A DNA stretch of 64,000 bases from Acidimicrobiales bacterium (GTDB lineage: Bacteria; Actinomycetota; Acidimicrobiia; Acidimicrobiales; VFJN01), in contig DASUDP010000085.1 in the NCBI GenBank assembly GCA_036275535.1, positions 14,674 through 78,673 on the forward strand, in the 5' to 3' direction. Below are positions 42,365 to 52,740 of this stretch, one piece after another (position 1 is the first letter of the stretch; each line of letters begins with the position of its first letter). A program made the position numbers and the translations under genes. The notes under the pieces are model-generated. The model did not search any database. It was not told where the DNA came from and worked only from the letters and a program-made list of their open reading frames with translations.

Positions 42365-44051
42365 TGGCGCCTCGCTCAGCTCCGGCGGCGAGACGGGCGT
42401 ACTTGGCCAGCACGCCGCTCGTGTAGCGAGGCTCGGGCCGCTTCCATCGGCCCTTGCGCTCCTCGAGGGTGGCCTCGTCGACGAGGAGGTCGATGGTGTG
42501 CTCGACCACGTCGATGCGGATCCGGTCGCCCTCCTCCACGAACGCGATCGGCCCGCCATCGACGGCTTCGGGCGCCACGTGGCCGATGCAGAACCCGTGG
42601 GTGCCACCGGAGAAGCGGCCGTCGGTGATGAGCGCGGCGTCGCCGCCCCGACCGACCCCCTTCATGGCGCCGGTGATGGCCAGCATCTCGCGCATGCCCG
42701 GGCCGCCCTTGGGCCCCTCGTAGCGGATGACGACGATGTCGCCGGCCTCGATCTCCTCGGCCAGCACGGCCGCCATGGCGGCGTCCTCGCCGTCGAACAC
42801 GCGGGCCCGACCCTCGAACTGCAGGTGGTCGATGCCGGCCACCTTCACGACCGCCCCCTTGGGGGCGAGGGTGCCACGCAGCACGGCGATGCCACCGATG
42901 GCGTGGATGGGGTCCGACAGCGGGTGGATGACGTCGCCGTCGGGGGCCGGCGGGTCCAGCGCGGCCAGGTTCTCGGCCATCGTCTTGCCGGTGACGGTGA
43001 GGCAGTCGCCGTGGAGCAGCCCGGCCTCGAGAAGGTGGCGCATCACGACGGGGACGCCGCCGATGCGATCGATCTCGACCATGTGGTACTTGCCGTGGGG
43101 CTTGGTGTCGGCGATGTGAGGCACGCGGGCGGCGATGCGGTTGAAGTCCTCCAGCTCGAGCTCGACGCGGGCCTCGGCCGCGATGGCGAGGAGGTGCAGG
43201 ACGGCGTTGGTGGAGCCGCCCAGCGCCATGACCACGGCGATGGCGTTCTCGAAGGCCTGCTTCGTCATGATCTGCCGGGGCCGGATGCCTCGCTCCAGGA
43301 GGTGGACCACGGCCTGGCCGGAGGCGTAGGCGAAGTCGTCCCGGCGGCTGTCCGGGGCGGGCGGCGAGGCCGAGCCGGGCAGCGACATGCCGAGGGCCTC
43401 GGCCACCGAGGCCATCGTGTTGGCGGTGAACATGCCGGCGCAGGCGCCCTCGCTGGGGCAGGCGTTGCGCTCGATGGCGGCCAGGCCGGCGTCGTCGAGG
43501 GCGCCGGTGGCATGAGCGCCGACGGCCTCGAACACCGACACGATGTCGAGGGCCTCGCCGTTCAGGTGCCCGGGCAGGATGGAGCCGGCGTACACGAAGG
43601 CCGACGGCAGGTTGAGCCGCGCCGCCGCCATGAGCATGCCGGGCAGGCTCTTGTCACAGCCGGCGAAGGTGACGAGGCCGTCCATGCGCTCGGCGTGCAT
43701 CACCGTCTCGACCGAGTCGGCGATGACTTCGCGGGACACCAGCGAGGCCCGCATGCCCTCGTGGCCCATCGAGATGCCGTCGGACACGGCGATGGTGGTG
43801 AACTCGATCGGGAAGCCGCCGGAGGCCCGGACGCCCTCCTTGGCCCGCTTGGCCAGCCGGTCGAGCGGCATGTTGCAGGGAGTGACCTCATTCCACGACG
43901 AGGCGACGGCGACCTGCGGCTTGTCCCAGTCGTCGTCGGTCATGCCGATGGCCCGGAGCATGGCTCGAGCCGGGGCCTTGCTGGGCCCGTCGGTGACGTC
44001 CCGGCTGCGCGGCTTGATGTCGACGGGGGTCTCGCCCTGCTCGCTCGTCAT
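42351..44051 (-). CDS. ilvD: dihydroxy-acid dehydratase
   Basis: 566 aa with [27 protein letters not shown] and CDKSLPGM motifs. Confidence 0.97.
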   Translation of the reverse strand: MTSEQGETPVDIKPRSRDVTDGPSKAPARAMLRAIGMTDDDWDKPQVAVASSWNEVTPCNMPLDRLAKRAKEGVRASGGFPIEFTTIAVSDGISMGHEGMRASLVSREVIADSVETVMHAERMDGLVTFAGCDKSLPGMLMAAARLNLPSAFVYAGSILPGHLNGEALDIVSVFEAVGAHATGALDDAGLAAIERNACPSEGACAGMFTANTMASVAEALGMSLPGSASPPAPDSRRDDFAYASGQAVVHLLERGIRPRQIMTKQAFENAIAVVMALGGSTNAVLHLLAIAAEARVELELEDFNRIAARVPHIADTKPHGKYHMVEIDRIGGVPVVMRHLLEAGLLHGDCLTVTGKTMAENLAALDPPAPDGDVIHPLSDPIHAIGGIAVLRGTLAPKGAVVKVAGIDHLQFEGRARVFDGEDAAMAAVLAEEIEAGDIVVIRYEGPKGGPGMREMLAITGAMKGVGRGGDAALITDGRFSGGTHGFCIGHVAPEAVDGGPIAFVEEGDRIRIDVVEHTIDLLVDEATLEERKGRWKRPEPRYTSGVLAKYARLAAGAERGAITEA

Positions 44052-44082
44052 GGCCGCAGGCTACCGGTGGCCGCCGGGGCCG

Positions 44083-44171
44083 CCCCAACGCAGGGCCCGG
44101 TGCGGACCGGCCCTGCGTCGGGGCGGGGATGAGTGATCGGCCTCACCGGCACGGGAGCACCCGGTGAGGCC
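44083..44171 (-). terminator. two strong GC hairpins between the DUF3618 gene and ilvD
   Basis: 44139-44149/44161-44171 form a perfect 11-bp stem. 44083-44097/44109-44123 form a 15-bp stem with one mismatch. Neither has a U-run. Confidence 0.35.
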
Positions 44172-44183
44172 GAACCGGCGCCG

Positions 44184-44873
44184 TCAGCTCGGGGGCCGCG
44201 CCCCGGGCGTGGGCATGGTGGCGGTGTCGCCCGTGCCAGCCTGCTCGGCCACCTCGGCCGCTCCCGCCTGCGCCCGGGCCTGGACCTCGGCGGCCCCGTC
44301 GCTGGCCGTCTGCTGCACCGAGCGGGCGGCGTCGGTGGCCTCGTGCTTGAGCGTCTGTGCGGCCTGCTCAGCGGCGGGGCGGAGCTGGTCGATGCCCTGC
44401 CGGGCGGCGCTCCCGGCCTCCTCGGCCACCCGCTCGAGAGCCGGCTCGACCTTTGCCGCCAGCTGCGACTCCTTCTTCGTCGACGGCAGGAGCGAACCGG
44501 CCACGAGGCCGATGCCGAAGGTGATGAGCCCCATCCCGAGGGGGCTCCCCTTGGTGCGCTCCATGACGGCGTCGGGGGCGTCCCGGACGGCGCCGGCCAC
44601 CGAGCTGGCCCCGTCGGAGACGGAGCCGGCCAGGCTCCCCGCGGTGTCGGCGACGGAGCCGCTGGCGTCGCTCACGCCGCCGCCTGCGGCCTCGGCCGAG
44701 CCCATCAACGTGTCCTTGACCCGCCGGACGCGCTGACCGGCGGCGGCCTTGCGGCGCTCGACGATGCGGCCGGGGCTGACGTGGTCGCCCAGGGCCTCGA
44801 GGTCGCGGCCGAGAGCGGAGCGCTGGCGCTCGATCTCCCAGCGCAGCTGCGCGGTGTCGGTGGTCGTGCTCAT
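44184..44873 (-). CDS. DUF3618-like protein
   Basis: MSTTTDTAQLRWEIERQRSALGRDLEALGDHVSP... has the N-terminal pattern I associate with DUF3618, plus one central TM segment. ATGA overlap with the upstream gene. Confidence 0.65.
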   Translation of the reverse strand: MSTTTDTAQLRWEIERQRSALGRDLEALGDHVSPGRIVERRKAAAGQRVRRVKDTLMGSAEAAGGGVSDASGSVADTAGSLAGSVSDGASSVAGAVRDAPDAVMERTKGSPLGMGLITFGIGLVAGSLLPSTKKESQLAAKVEPALERVAEEAGSAARQGIDQLRPAAEQAAQTLKHEATDAARSVQQTASDGAAEVQARAQAGAAEVAEQAGTGDTATMPTPGARPPS

Positions 44874-45319
44874 CGCTGCTCCTTGGCCCATCGGACATCC
44901 TCCTGGACGGTCTGCTTCGTGATCTCGGCTACGGGTTGCACTGCCTTCAGGCGGTCGCGACCAGCAAGCGCCAGGCCGGCGGCCACGCCGGCCCAGAGGA
45001 CGCCGACCAGCAGGAAGGCCCAGCCGGCGTCGATCGCCTCGGCCAGGCCCCACGCCAGCGCGAAGGACAGCATGAGGAGGGCGACGAAGGCGGCGACGGC
45101 GCCTCCGGTGACCATCCCGGCGCCCTTGCCGGCTCGGCCCACCTCCTCCTTGATCTCGGCCTTGGCCAGCTCGACGTGCGTGCGGACGAGCTGGCTGAAG
45201 TCGTCGGTGACCCGGCCGAGGAGCTCGCCCATCGTGGCGTTGGGCTCCAGGGGCTGGGTGGGGTCGGTCGGTCGGTGGGGAGCCGCCGGCGTGCCGAGGT
45301 CGGTGGTCTGGGCGCTCAC
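44870..45319 (-). CDS. holin-X-like (phage holin superfamily III-like) small membrane protein
   Basis: FSQLVRTHVELAKAEIKEE followed by two TM segments. I prefer GTG 45319 (GTGA overlap with the upstream stop) over the ORF-track start at 45334. Confidence 0.6.
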   Translation of the reverse strand: MSAQTTDLGTPAAPHRPTDPTQPLEPNATMGELLGRVTDDFSQLVRTHVELAKAEIKEEVGRAGKGAGMVTGGAVAAFVALLMLSFALAWGLAEAIDAGWAFLLVGVLWAGVAAGLALAGRDRLKAVQPVAEITKQTVQEDVRWAKEQR

Positions 45320-46026
45320 GGCCGCACCGCCCACTGCGGATCGGACGACGTCGACTGGAAGGTCGGAGCCGTCGGTGCCGGCGAGGTCGTGGAGGTGCTC
45401 GGCGCGCCGGCGGGGCCGCCCATCGCGGGGGATGCCGACGAGTGGCTGCCATTGGTGGGGGTCGGCCCGTCCTCGCCGGTGACCGCGCCCTTAGCGGCAT
45501 CGACGATCCCATGGGTGTCGGCGGCCTTGACCAGGCGTCCGACCACGAGGCCGGCCCCGAGCGCACCGAGCAGGAACATCCCAGGGCGGCGGCGGGCCAG
45601 GCCGCGCAACTCGTCGAGCAGCTCGTCGGGGCGGCGCTGCTCGAGCGTGTCGGCGAAGCGGGCGGCGGCGTCGGCGGCCTGAGAGGCGAGGTCGGCGACC
45701 ATGCCCTGCGGGGCCTCGCCGCCGCGAAGCATCCCCTGGAGCTGCTGGCTGATGTCCCGGACACCGCCGGCCAGACGGGCCGTCTGGTCCTCGGCCTGGC
45801 GGGTGAGCTCGCGGCGGGAGTCGTCGACCAGGCGGCGGGCCTGGACCTTGGCGTCCTGGACGACACCCTGGGCCTGGGCGGCGGCCTCGTCCTTCACCTC
45901 GGCCAGCTGCGACTGGGCGGTGTGGGCGACGGTGGCCGCCTGGTCTCGGGCGGTGGCGGCGGTGGCTTCGGTCCGCTCCGTCAAGCCGCCGTCCGCCGAG
46001 GTCTCACTCCTCGTGTGGTCGGTCAT
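45316..46026 (-). CDS. Ala/Gln-rich coiled-coil protein with one TM, unknown function
   Basis: ATG 46026 with SD AAGGAG. Apolipoprotein-like helical repeats, the TM segment GMFLLGALGAGLVVG and a Pro/Ser/Thr-rich tail. Confidence 0.6.
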   Translation of the reverse strand: MTDHTRSETSADGGLTERTEATAATARDQAATVAHTAQSQLAEVKDEAAAQAQGVVQDAKVQARRLVDDSRRELTRQAEDQTARLAGGVRDISQQLQGMLRGGEAPQGMVADLASQAADAAARFADTLEQRRPDELLDELRGLARRRPGMFLLGALGAGLVVGRLVKAADTHGIVDAAKGAVTGEDGPTPTNGSHSSASPAMGGPAGAPSTSTTSPAPTAPTFQSTSSDPQWAVRP

Positions 46027-46096
46027 GGGGCGCTCTCCTTGGGGGGAAGGTGTGACACGCGCCATACCCGTGGTAACCGGGCAGCAAACGACCGGT

Positions 46097-46726
46097 TCAG
46101 GGCCGGCCCCCGAGGAGCGGGCGGAGCAGCCCGGCGATGGCGAGGCGGAGCCCGGCGGGTCGGTCCACGGGGACGACGGTGCCGCGCGTGAGCACGAACG
46201 AAAGGCCGAGGCGCGCCATCGCCTCGGCCAGGACAGCCGCCTCGAGCGGCTCGGTGACCATGCCCGCCGCCAGCAGCGCGGGGACGAGCGCACCCCGGGC
46301 GAGGTCGATGAGCGGCCCGGCGCCGGTCGTCAAGAGGGGCAGCACGGCGCCGGGATCGTTGCGCAGGAGGTGGTCGACGACGCTGCCGTCGAGGGCCCGG
46401 AAGCACACCAGGGCCGCCTCGACAGCCTTGTCCTCGAAGGACTCCACGCGGGCGGCCGCCGCGGAGGCTGCCTCCAGCGTCTCGCGGAGCTCGCGGGCCA
46501 GCACAGCATGGACGAGCTCGTCCCGCGACCCGAACCAGCGGTACACGCTCGTCCGGCCCACCCCGGCGGCGTCGGCGACGTCGTCCACGCTCCAGCGGCC
46601 GAGACCGAACCGGCGGAGGTGGTCGCCGGCGGCGTCGAGAACGGTGATGGCGGCGTCGTCCTCGATGCGCTGGCCGACCCCGGCGACGATCGGCGCCAGC
46701 GCCAGCGTCAGCTTGCGGCGGGCCAT
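46097..46726 (-). CDS. TetR-family transcriptional regulator
   Basis: The HTH is WSVDDVADAAGVGRTSVYRWFGSRDELV. It overlaps the upstream MpaB-like gene by 19 nt. Confidence 0.85.
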   Translation of the reverse strand: MARRKLTLALAPIVAGVGQRIEDDAAITVLDAAGDHLRRFGLGRWSVDDVADAAGVGRTSVYRWFGSRDELVHAVLARELRETLEAASAAAARVESFEDKAVEAALVCFRALDGSVVDHLLRNDPGAVLPLLTTGAGPLIDLARGALVPALLAAGMVTEPLEAAVLAEAMARLGLSFVLTRGTVVPVDRPAGLRLAIAGLLRPLLGGRP

Positions 46727-47601
46727 CGCTCGCCCCGCTGCTCGGCCCGGACCCGCTTCCACGCCTCGAGGGCGCGGGGCTGCCACCGCACCGTCGGCGG
46801 CACGAAGCGCCAGAGCTTGCGGACGGCCAGCTCCAGGGCGTCGAGCTGCACCTGATCGGCGCGGCTCCACGGGATGTCGAAGCGCTGGCGCACGACGGCG
46901 GGCAGCCCGCCGACGGCGCTGATGCGGGCCGGCATAGTGAGGGCCCGGGCGATCGGTCCCCGCCGCAGCACCGGATTGAGGGCGGCCAGCGGGCGGGGCA
47001 GCTCGAGGCGCAGGGGCCGGTCGAGCATGCGCAGCACGAAGTCGACGGCGTCGTTGCGCTCCAGCTCCTCGGCGCAGATGCGGTCCCACTTCCGCTGGAA
47101 GGCATCCCGGGTGGGCGGCACCGGCCGCTCGCTCACCCCGTAGGCCCGGTACCAGGTGATGCCCTCGCGGTAGAGCTGCTCGCGCTCGGCCGGGGTGAGC
47201 CGGTGGTCGTCGTAGCGGTCGATGACCTGCTCGGCCATGAACTGGAAGGTGGCGTGCGCCCACCAGTACGTCTCGGGGTCGAGGGCGTGGTAGCGGCGGC
47301 CCTCGGCGTCGGTGCCGGCGATCGTGCGGTGCTGGTCGCGGACCCAGCGGCCCGTCTCGATGGCGTCACTGCCGTCGTACACCGCGCCGAGGATCGCCGG
47401 GAGGGAGCGGGCCACCCGGTCGTAGGGGTCGTTGAAGAAGTCGGAGTGCTGCATGACCCCGGCGCCGACCGCCGGGTGCATCAGCTGGAGCAACCCGATG
47501 GTCGCCCCCATGAAGGCGATGCGGGTGTCGCCGGCGTAGCGCCAAAGCAGCGACCCCGGCCCCAGCGACGTCGGGATGAGCGGATCCTCGATCTGGTACA
47601 T
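46708..47601 (-). CDS. MpaB/DUF2236-family oxygenase-like protein
   Basis: 297 aa. SLLWRYAGDTR...LLQLMHPAVGAGV...DPYDR pattern of the ER-bound oxygenase MpaB family. Confidence 0.7.
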   Translation of the reverse strand: MYQIEDPLIPTSLGPGSLLWRYAGDTRIAFMGATIGLLQLMHPAVGAGVMQHSDFFNDPYDRVARSLPAILGAVYDGSDAIETGRWVRDQHRTIAGTDAEGRRYHALDPETYWWAHATFQFMAEQVIDRYDDHRLTPAEREQLYREGITWYRAYGVSERPVPPTRDAFQRKWDRICAEELERNDAVDFVLRMLDRPLRLELPRPLAALNPVLRRGPIARALTMPARISAVGGLPAVVRQRFDIPWSRADQVQLDALELAVRKLWRFVPPTVRWQPRALEAWKRVRAEQRGERWPAAS

Positions 47602-47628
47602 AGCAACACACTTTGTACCACCATCCCA

Positions 47629-47681
47629 CGAACCCGCGGTTGTTCTTGCCGGGGAACCGCAAGGAACGACCGCGGGTTCGG
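47629..47681 (+). repeat. repeat family 2, copy B
   Basis: CGAACCCGCGGTTGTTCTTGCCGGGGAACCGCAAGGAACGACCGCGGGTTCGG lies between the gatB stop and the MpaB-like gene start. Confidence 0.85.
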
Positions 47682-47694
47682 GAGGGTTAGGGGG

Positions 47695-49155
47695 TCAGAG
47701 GCCGGCCTTGGTGCGGAGGAGGGCGGTGGCGGCCTTGCCGTCGGCCTGGCCCTTGGAGGCCTGCATCACCTTGCCCATGAAGAAGCCGGTGAGCTTGCCG
47801 CGCGCCTTGTCGTCACCGGTGCGGAACTGCTCCCACTCGGCCGGGTGGGCCGCGATCACGCCGTCGACGATGGCCTCGAGGGCTCCCGTGTCGAGCGCCT
47901 CGAAGCCCTTGGCCTGGGCGATGATGGCCGGGTCCTGGCCGCTGGTCACCATCTCGGCCAGCACGGCCTTGGCCTGGGTGGCGGTGAGCTCGCCGCCGGT
48001 CTCCATCTGCACCAGCGCCGCCAGGTGCTCGGCCGGCAGCGACTCGGCGCCCTCCACGGCGAGGTTGTGCTCGACGTGGGTGAGCACGCGTGCGGCGTCC
48101 GCTCCCGCCGCGATGGCGCCGGCGGCCAGGGCGTCGAGGCCGCGCTGGACGGCGATGACGACGGCGTTGTCGGTGGGGTCGACGCCGGCCGTCTCGGCGA
48201 GTGCGGCACGACGGGCGGCGGGCAGCGCCGGCAGGGCGGCGTCGATGCGGGCGATGTCCTCCGGGGTCGGCTCGAGAGGCACGAGGTCGGGCTCGGGGAA
48301 GTACCGGTAGTCGTCGGCGTCCTCCTTCACCCGCAGGGTGCCCGTGCGGCCGGTCGACTCGTCCCAGTGGCGGGTCTCCTGGCGGACCTGCTCGCCGGCC
48401 TCGATGAGGTCGATCTGGCGGAGGGCCTCGTGGTCGATGGCCCGCCCCAGGGAGCGCAGCGAGTTCAGGTTCTTGATCTCGCAACGGGTGCCCCACGGCT
48501 CGCCGACGCGGTGGACCGAGACGTTGGCGTCGACCCGCATCGACCCCTCCTCCATCTTGGCGTCGGACACGCCGGTGGCGAGGAGGATGGAGCGCAGCTC
48601 GGCGACGTACTCCTTGGCCTGCTCGCTGGAGCGCATGTCGGGCTCAGAGACGATCTCCACGAGGGGGACGCCCGAGCGGTTGTAGTCGACGAGGCTGTGG
48701 GCGGCGTCGTGGATCCGGCCGCCGCCGCCGACGTGGTTGAGCTTGCCGGTGTCCTCCTCGATGTGGGCACGGGTGATGCCCACCCGCAAGCCCGACGGCA
48801 GCTCGAGGTGGCCGTGCTCGTTGGTCGGCAGGTCGTACTGGGAGACCTGGTAGTCCTTCGGCTGGTCCGGGTAGAAGTAGTTCTTCCGGGCGAACACCGA
48901 GCGGTTCACCTCGCATTGCAGGGCCCGGCCGAGGCGCATGGCCAGCTCGACGGCCTGCTCGTTGACCACGGGCAGGGAGCCGGGGAGCCCGAGGCAGGTG
49001 GGGCAGGTGTTGGCGTTGGGCTCGTCACCGAACTGGTTGGGGCAGGAGCAGAACAGTTTGGTGGCGGTGTGCAGCTCGCAGTGCACCTCCAGGCCGATCA
49101 CCATCCCCCAGCCCTCGGGGAGCACGCTGCTGGTGGTCGTGGCGGTGTCGGTCAT
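47695..49155 (-). CDS. gatB: Asp/Glu-tRNA(Asn/Gln) amidotransferase subunit B
   Basis: [22 protein letters not shown]...[12 protein letters not shown]. Confidence 0.97.
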   Translation of the reverse strand: MTDTATTTSSVLPEGWGMVIGLEVHCELHTATKLFCSCPNQFGDEPNANTCPTCLGLPGSLPVVNEQAVELAMRLGRALQCEVNRSVFARKNYFYPDQPKDYQVSQYDLPTNEHGHLELPSGLRVGITRAHIEEDTGKLNHVGGGGRIHDAAHSLVDYNRSGVPLVEIVSEPDMRSSEQAKEYVAELRSILLATGVSDAKMEEGSMRVDANVSVHRVGEPWGTRCEIKNLNSLRSLGRAIDHEALRQIDLIEAGEQVRQETRHWDESTGRTGTLRVKEDADDYRYFPEPDLVPLEPTPEDIARIDAALPALPAARRAALAETAGVDPTDNAVVIAVQRGLDALAAGAIAAGADAARVLTHVEHNLAVEGAESLPAEHLAALVQMETGGELTATQAKAVLAEMVTSGQDPAIIAQAKGFEALDTGALEAIVDGVIAAHPAEWEQFRTGDDKARGKLTGFFMGKVMQASKGQADGKAATALLRTKAGL

Positions 49156-50576
49156 GCCAGCGCTCCTTCCAGGGCGGCCGCCACCTGGAACATCGTGGGC
49201 TCGGCCAGGGCCGGGGCCATGATCTGCACGCCGATCGGGAGCCCGTCGTCGCCCGTGCCGAAGGGCACCGAGATGGCGGGGTGGCCGGCCAGGTTGGACG
49301 GGATCGTGCAGACGTCGTTCAGGTACATCGCCAGCGGGTCGGCCTTGGCGCCGAAGGCGAAGGCGGTGCTCGGCGCGGTGGGCGACAGCAGGACGTCGCA
49401 GCGCTCGTAGGCGGCCTCGAAGTCCCGGATGATGAGGGTGCGCACCTTCTGGGCCTTGCCGTAGAAGGCGTCGTAGTACCCGGCGGAGAGGGCGTAGGTG
49501 CCGAGCATGATGCGCCGCTCGACCTCGGCGCCGAAGCCGGCGGTGCGGGTGCGGTCCATCATCTCGCCGGTGGTGGGGGCGTCGACCCGCAGGCCGTAGC
49601 GGACGCCGTCGTAGCGGGCCAGGTTGCTGGACGCCTCGGCGGGGGCGATGAGGTAGTAGGCGGACAGGCCGTAGATGGCGGCCGGCACCGACACCTCCTC
49701 GACCTTGGCCCCGGCCCCCTCGAGCGCCTCGATGGCGGCCCGGGTGCGGGCCGCGACGTCAGGCGCGATGCCCTCGGCGTCGAGCAGCTCCTTCACCACG
49801 CCCACCCGCAGCCCGTCGACGCCTCGGCCGAGGTGGTCGGTGAGGGCCAGCGGCGCCTGGGGAAGCGACGTCGAGTCGCGCTCGTCGTGGCCCGAGATGA
49901 CCTCGAGCAGCACGGCGGCGTCGGCGACGTCCGCGGCGAAGGGGCCGATCTGGTCGAGGCTGGAGGCGAAGGCGACGAGCCCGTAGCGGGACACCGCGCC
50001 GTAGGTGGGCTTGGCGCCCACGATGCCGCAGAAGGCGGCGGGCTGGCGGATCGAGCCGCCCGTGTCGGAGCCCAGGGCGAGCGGGGTGAAGCCAGCCGCC
50101 ACCGCGGCAGCGCTGCCGCCCGACGAGCCGCCGGGGACGCGGCTGAGGTCGTGCGGGTTCTTCGTGGGACCGAAGGCCGAGTTCTCCGTGGACGAGCCCA
50201 TGGCGAACTCGTCGAGGTTCGTCTTGCCGACGCTGATGGCGCCGGCCGCGACGAGCCGCTCGACGACGGTGGCGTCGTAGGGCGGCTTCCAGCCCTCCAG
50301 GATCTTCGAGGAGCAGGTGGTGGGGATGCCCGTCGTGCAGAGGTTGTCCTTCAGCGCGATGGGCACGCCGGCCAGCGGCCCCGGGTCCTGCCCGGCGGCC
50401 ACCTGGGCGTCAACCTCGTCGGCCCGGGCCAGGGCGGCCTCGGCGGTGACGAGGTTGAAGGCGTGGACCTCGGCCTCCCGCGCCTCGATGGCAGCCAGGT
50501 GCGCCTCCACCACGGAGCGGGCGGTGCGCTCACCCGAGCGGACGGCGACGGCGATCTCGATGGCGGTCTCGCTCAC
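49152..50576 (-). CDS. gatA: Asp/Glu-tRNA(Asn/Gln) amidotransferase subunit A
   Basis: Amidase signature [14 protein letters not shown] and [15 protein letters not shown]. 4-nt overlaps with both gatB and gatC. Confidence 0.97.
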   Translation of the reverse strand: MSETAIEIAVAVRSGERTARSVVEAHLAAIEAREAEVHAFNLVTAEAALARADEVDAQVAAGQDPGPLAGVPIALKDNLCTTGIPTTCSSKILEGWKPPYDATVVERLVAAGAISVGKTNLDEFAMGSSTENSAFGPTKNPHDLSRVPGGSSGGSAAAVAAGFTPLALGSDTGGSIRQPAAFCGIVGAKPTYGAVSRYGLVAFASSLDQIGPFAADVADAAVLLEVISGHDERDSTSLPQAPLALTDHLGRGVDGLRVGVVKELLDAEGIAPDVAARTRAAIEALEGAGAKVEEVSVPAAIYGLSAYYLIAPAEASSNLARYDGVRYGLRVDAPTTGEMMDRTRTAGFGAEVERRIMLGTYALSAGYYDAFYGKAQKVRTLIIRDFEAAYERCDVLLSPTAPSTAFAFGAKADPLAMYLNDVCTIPSNLAGHPAISVPFGTGDDGLPIGVQIMAPALAEPTMFQVAAALEGALA

Positions 50577-50872
50577 GGCGCCTCCCCCAGTACGGGCGGG
50601 ACGCGGAACATGCCGTCCTCGGTGGCCGGTGCCTGGTCGAGCACCGCGTCGCGCACGCCGGCGTCGCGCGCCACGTCGGGCCGCATCACGTTGGCCAGCG
50701 GGAACGGGTGAGCTGTGGGCGGCACGTCGTCGAGCTGGAGGGCCTCGACGTCGGCGGCGTGGTCGAGGATGGCGGCCAGCTGGGGGGTGAACGTGTCGAT
50801 CTGCTCGTCGGTCAGCTGGAGCCGGGCCAGCCGAGCCACGTGGGCGACGTCGTCGCGGGAGAGGGAAGCCAT
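50573..50872 (-). CDS. gatC: Asp/Glu-tRNA(Asn/Gln) amidotransferase subunit C
   Basis: 99 aa. [30 protein letters not shown]. Confidence 0.93.
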   Translation of the reverse strand: MASLSRDDVAHVARLARLQLTDEQIDTFTPQLAAILDHAADVEALQLDDVPPTAHPFPLANVMRPDVARDAGVRDAVLDQAPATEDGMFRVPPVLGEAP

Positions 50873-50947
50873 GGGGCGCCCATCGTAGGGGCGGGCCGGT
50901 CCCCGGCTCCCAGCGAGATCACGACATCACGCGGTCGTCGCCTCGGC

Positions 50948-51457
50948 TCAGCGCCCGAGGAGGAGCCCCCGCACATAGGCCGCCTGACCGGCGTGCTGCA
51001 AGTCGTCCGAGAGGATGCTGGTGAGGCGCACCCCCAGGGTGACCGGCGGGTCCCAGCGCTCATCGACCACGCGGTCGAGGTCGTCGCGCGAGAGCCCGCC
51101 CAGGTAGTCGATCGTGCGGGCGTGCACCGTGTCGTAGTAGCCGACCAGGTCCTCGCCGCTGGCCGGGCGGACCGACGCCACGTCCTCGGCGGTGTGCCCG
51201 TAGCCGTGGTCCTGGGGGTCGGCGCTCCGGCCGAAGCGCTCGTGCCACCCCTCGCTCAGGTAGCGCTGCTCGGCGTCGAGCAGCTCGGAGACGTGGTGGT
51301 CCTGGATCCGCGTGAGATGCCAGATCAGCCAGGCGACGGTGTTGGCCCCCGGCCCTGGGGGTGTGGCCAGCTGGTCCGCGTCGAGGTCGGCCACCGCCTG
51401 GTGGATGAGGTCGGGCAGCCGCCCGAACTCCTCGGTGAGCAGGTCGTTGACGTCCAT
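50948..51457 (-). CDS. DinB-family (mycothiol-transferase/DUF664-like) protein
   Basis: 169 aa with the TVAWLIWHLTRIQDHH four-helix-bundle His motif. SD GGAGGAGGA precedes ATG 51457. Confidence 0.75.
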   Translation of the reverse strand: MDVNDLLTEEFGRLPDLIHQAVADLDADQLATPPGPGANTVAWLIWHLTRIQDHHVSELLDAEQRYLSEGWHERFGRSADPQDHGYGHTAEDVASVRPASGEDLVGYYDTVHARTIDYLGGLSRDDLDRVVDERWDPPVTLGVRLTSILSDDLQHAGQAAYVRGLLLGR

Positions 51458-51591
51458 CGCTCCTCCTCCACGACAGCGCACGCTCTGCCGCAGCAGCACC
51501 GTACGCGCCGAGGTCGGGCCCCGCCCGCCGGAGTTTGACCTCATGGCGGCGAGCCGCCCGCTCGCGATCGCCGCCCTCAGATCTGAGGGGA

Positions 51592-52562
51592 TCAGTCCTC
51601 GAGGAACGGGGGCAGCCCGAGCTGCTCGAACAGCTCGGCGCCGTACACGAAGTTGTTGTGTCCCACGATCTGGCCGCCGGCGACCTCGATGACTGCACGG
51701 CCCAGGGCTCCCACCGGTTCGGGCCCACCCGCTTGTAGCTGCCGAAGCCCGCCGTGCCGTTCACGCCGATCGGCACCAGCCGGGACCCCTCGCATGCCGC
51801 GCCGGGGCCGACCATCCAGCCGACCACCTGATCGGGCCCTTGGAGCCACAGGTCCCACGGCGGCATCGACATGACGACGTCGTCCCGCAGGAGCCCGGCC
51901 AGCGCCGCCATGTCGTAGCGCTCGAAGGCGTCGACGTAGCGGGTGAGCAAGGCCTGGTGCTCGGCGCTCATCGTGTCGTCGAGGTGCTCGAGATCGGCCG
52001 AGGCCAGCGTGGCCCGGGCACGCTGGAGGGCGCTGTTCACCGAAGCGACGGTGGTGTCGAGCAGCTCGGCGGCTTCGGTGGCCTGCCACTTCAGGACCTC
52101 GCAGAGGATGAGCACGGCGCGCTGGCGCGGCGGCAGGTGCTGGAGGGCAGCGACGAAGGCCAGGCGGATCGAGTCCCGCATCGCCGCCACATCGGCCGGG
52201 TCTCCATCGACCGGTACCACCCGAGCATCGGCGACAGGCTGGACCCACGTCTGCTCGGGGCGGTCGTTGAGCACCGCCGACTCGACCCGGGAGGCCGCCC
52301 CGAAGTGCATCGGACGGGCCCGGCGCTGGGGCGCCCGGTGCATGTCGAGGCACACGTTGGTGGCGATGCGGTACAGCCACGACCGCACCGACGACCGGCC
52401 CTCGAAGCGGTCGGCCCCCTTCCAGGCCCGCTCGGCCGTCTCCTGCACCGCGTCCTCGGCCTCGGCTCCCGAACCCAGCATTCGGTAGCAGTAGGCGGTC
52501 AGCTCGCGACGGTGGTCCTCGATGGCCTGCTCGATGTCCAGACCCACTGGGGTGGTCGTCAT
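51592..52562 (-). pseudogene. ECF-type sigma-70 factor with SnoaL-like C-terminal extension (SigJ/ECF41-like), apparent 1-nt frameshift
   Basis: Regions 2 and 4 (RELTAYCYRMLGS..DAVQET...; RQRAVLILCEVLKWQATEAAELL) and the C-terminal domain lie in ORF 51060..52766 up to ...NRWEPWAVQ. The last 37 residues (VIEVAGGQIVGHNNFVYGAELFEQLGLPPFLED) lie in the frame of ORF 51592..52380. The junction is at about 51693. Length is 971 nt. Confidence 0.7.
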
Positions 52563-52740
52563 CACCGCGAGGCTACGACGACGGTGTGACCTCCACAGTC
52601 CATCGAAGGGTCCACCACCTGGGTGGAGGGCTCTTCGTAGGGTGCGCCGAGGCCGGTTCTTCTGGTTCGGTTCGGAGCTGTGACCGGAGCGACCTGGTGG
52701 TCGACTTGGCAGCCGCTGGGGGAGTTCGAGGGGCGACCGA

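Noticed and set aside
44870-45319. Holin-like gene considered as evidence of a prophage lysis cassette.
   Set aside because: No endolysin, spanin, integrase, or tail or capsid genes are nearby. The flanking genes are core metabolism, and GC and codon style are the same as the surroundings.
47596-47620. GGTACA-N13-TGTACC around the MpaB-like gene start, considered as the operator of the co-transcribed TetR.
   Set aside because: The arms are 6 bp with a long spacer and overlap the start codon. There is a single occurrence, so the evidence is insufficient.
51574-51589. Perfect 16-bp palindrome CCCTCAGATCTGAGGG just after the sigma factor stop.
   Set aside because: It is a short hairpin with a minimal loop, no U-run and no second copy in the window. 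It is probably a simple stem-loop and is not worth a separate claim.
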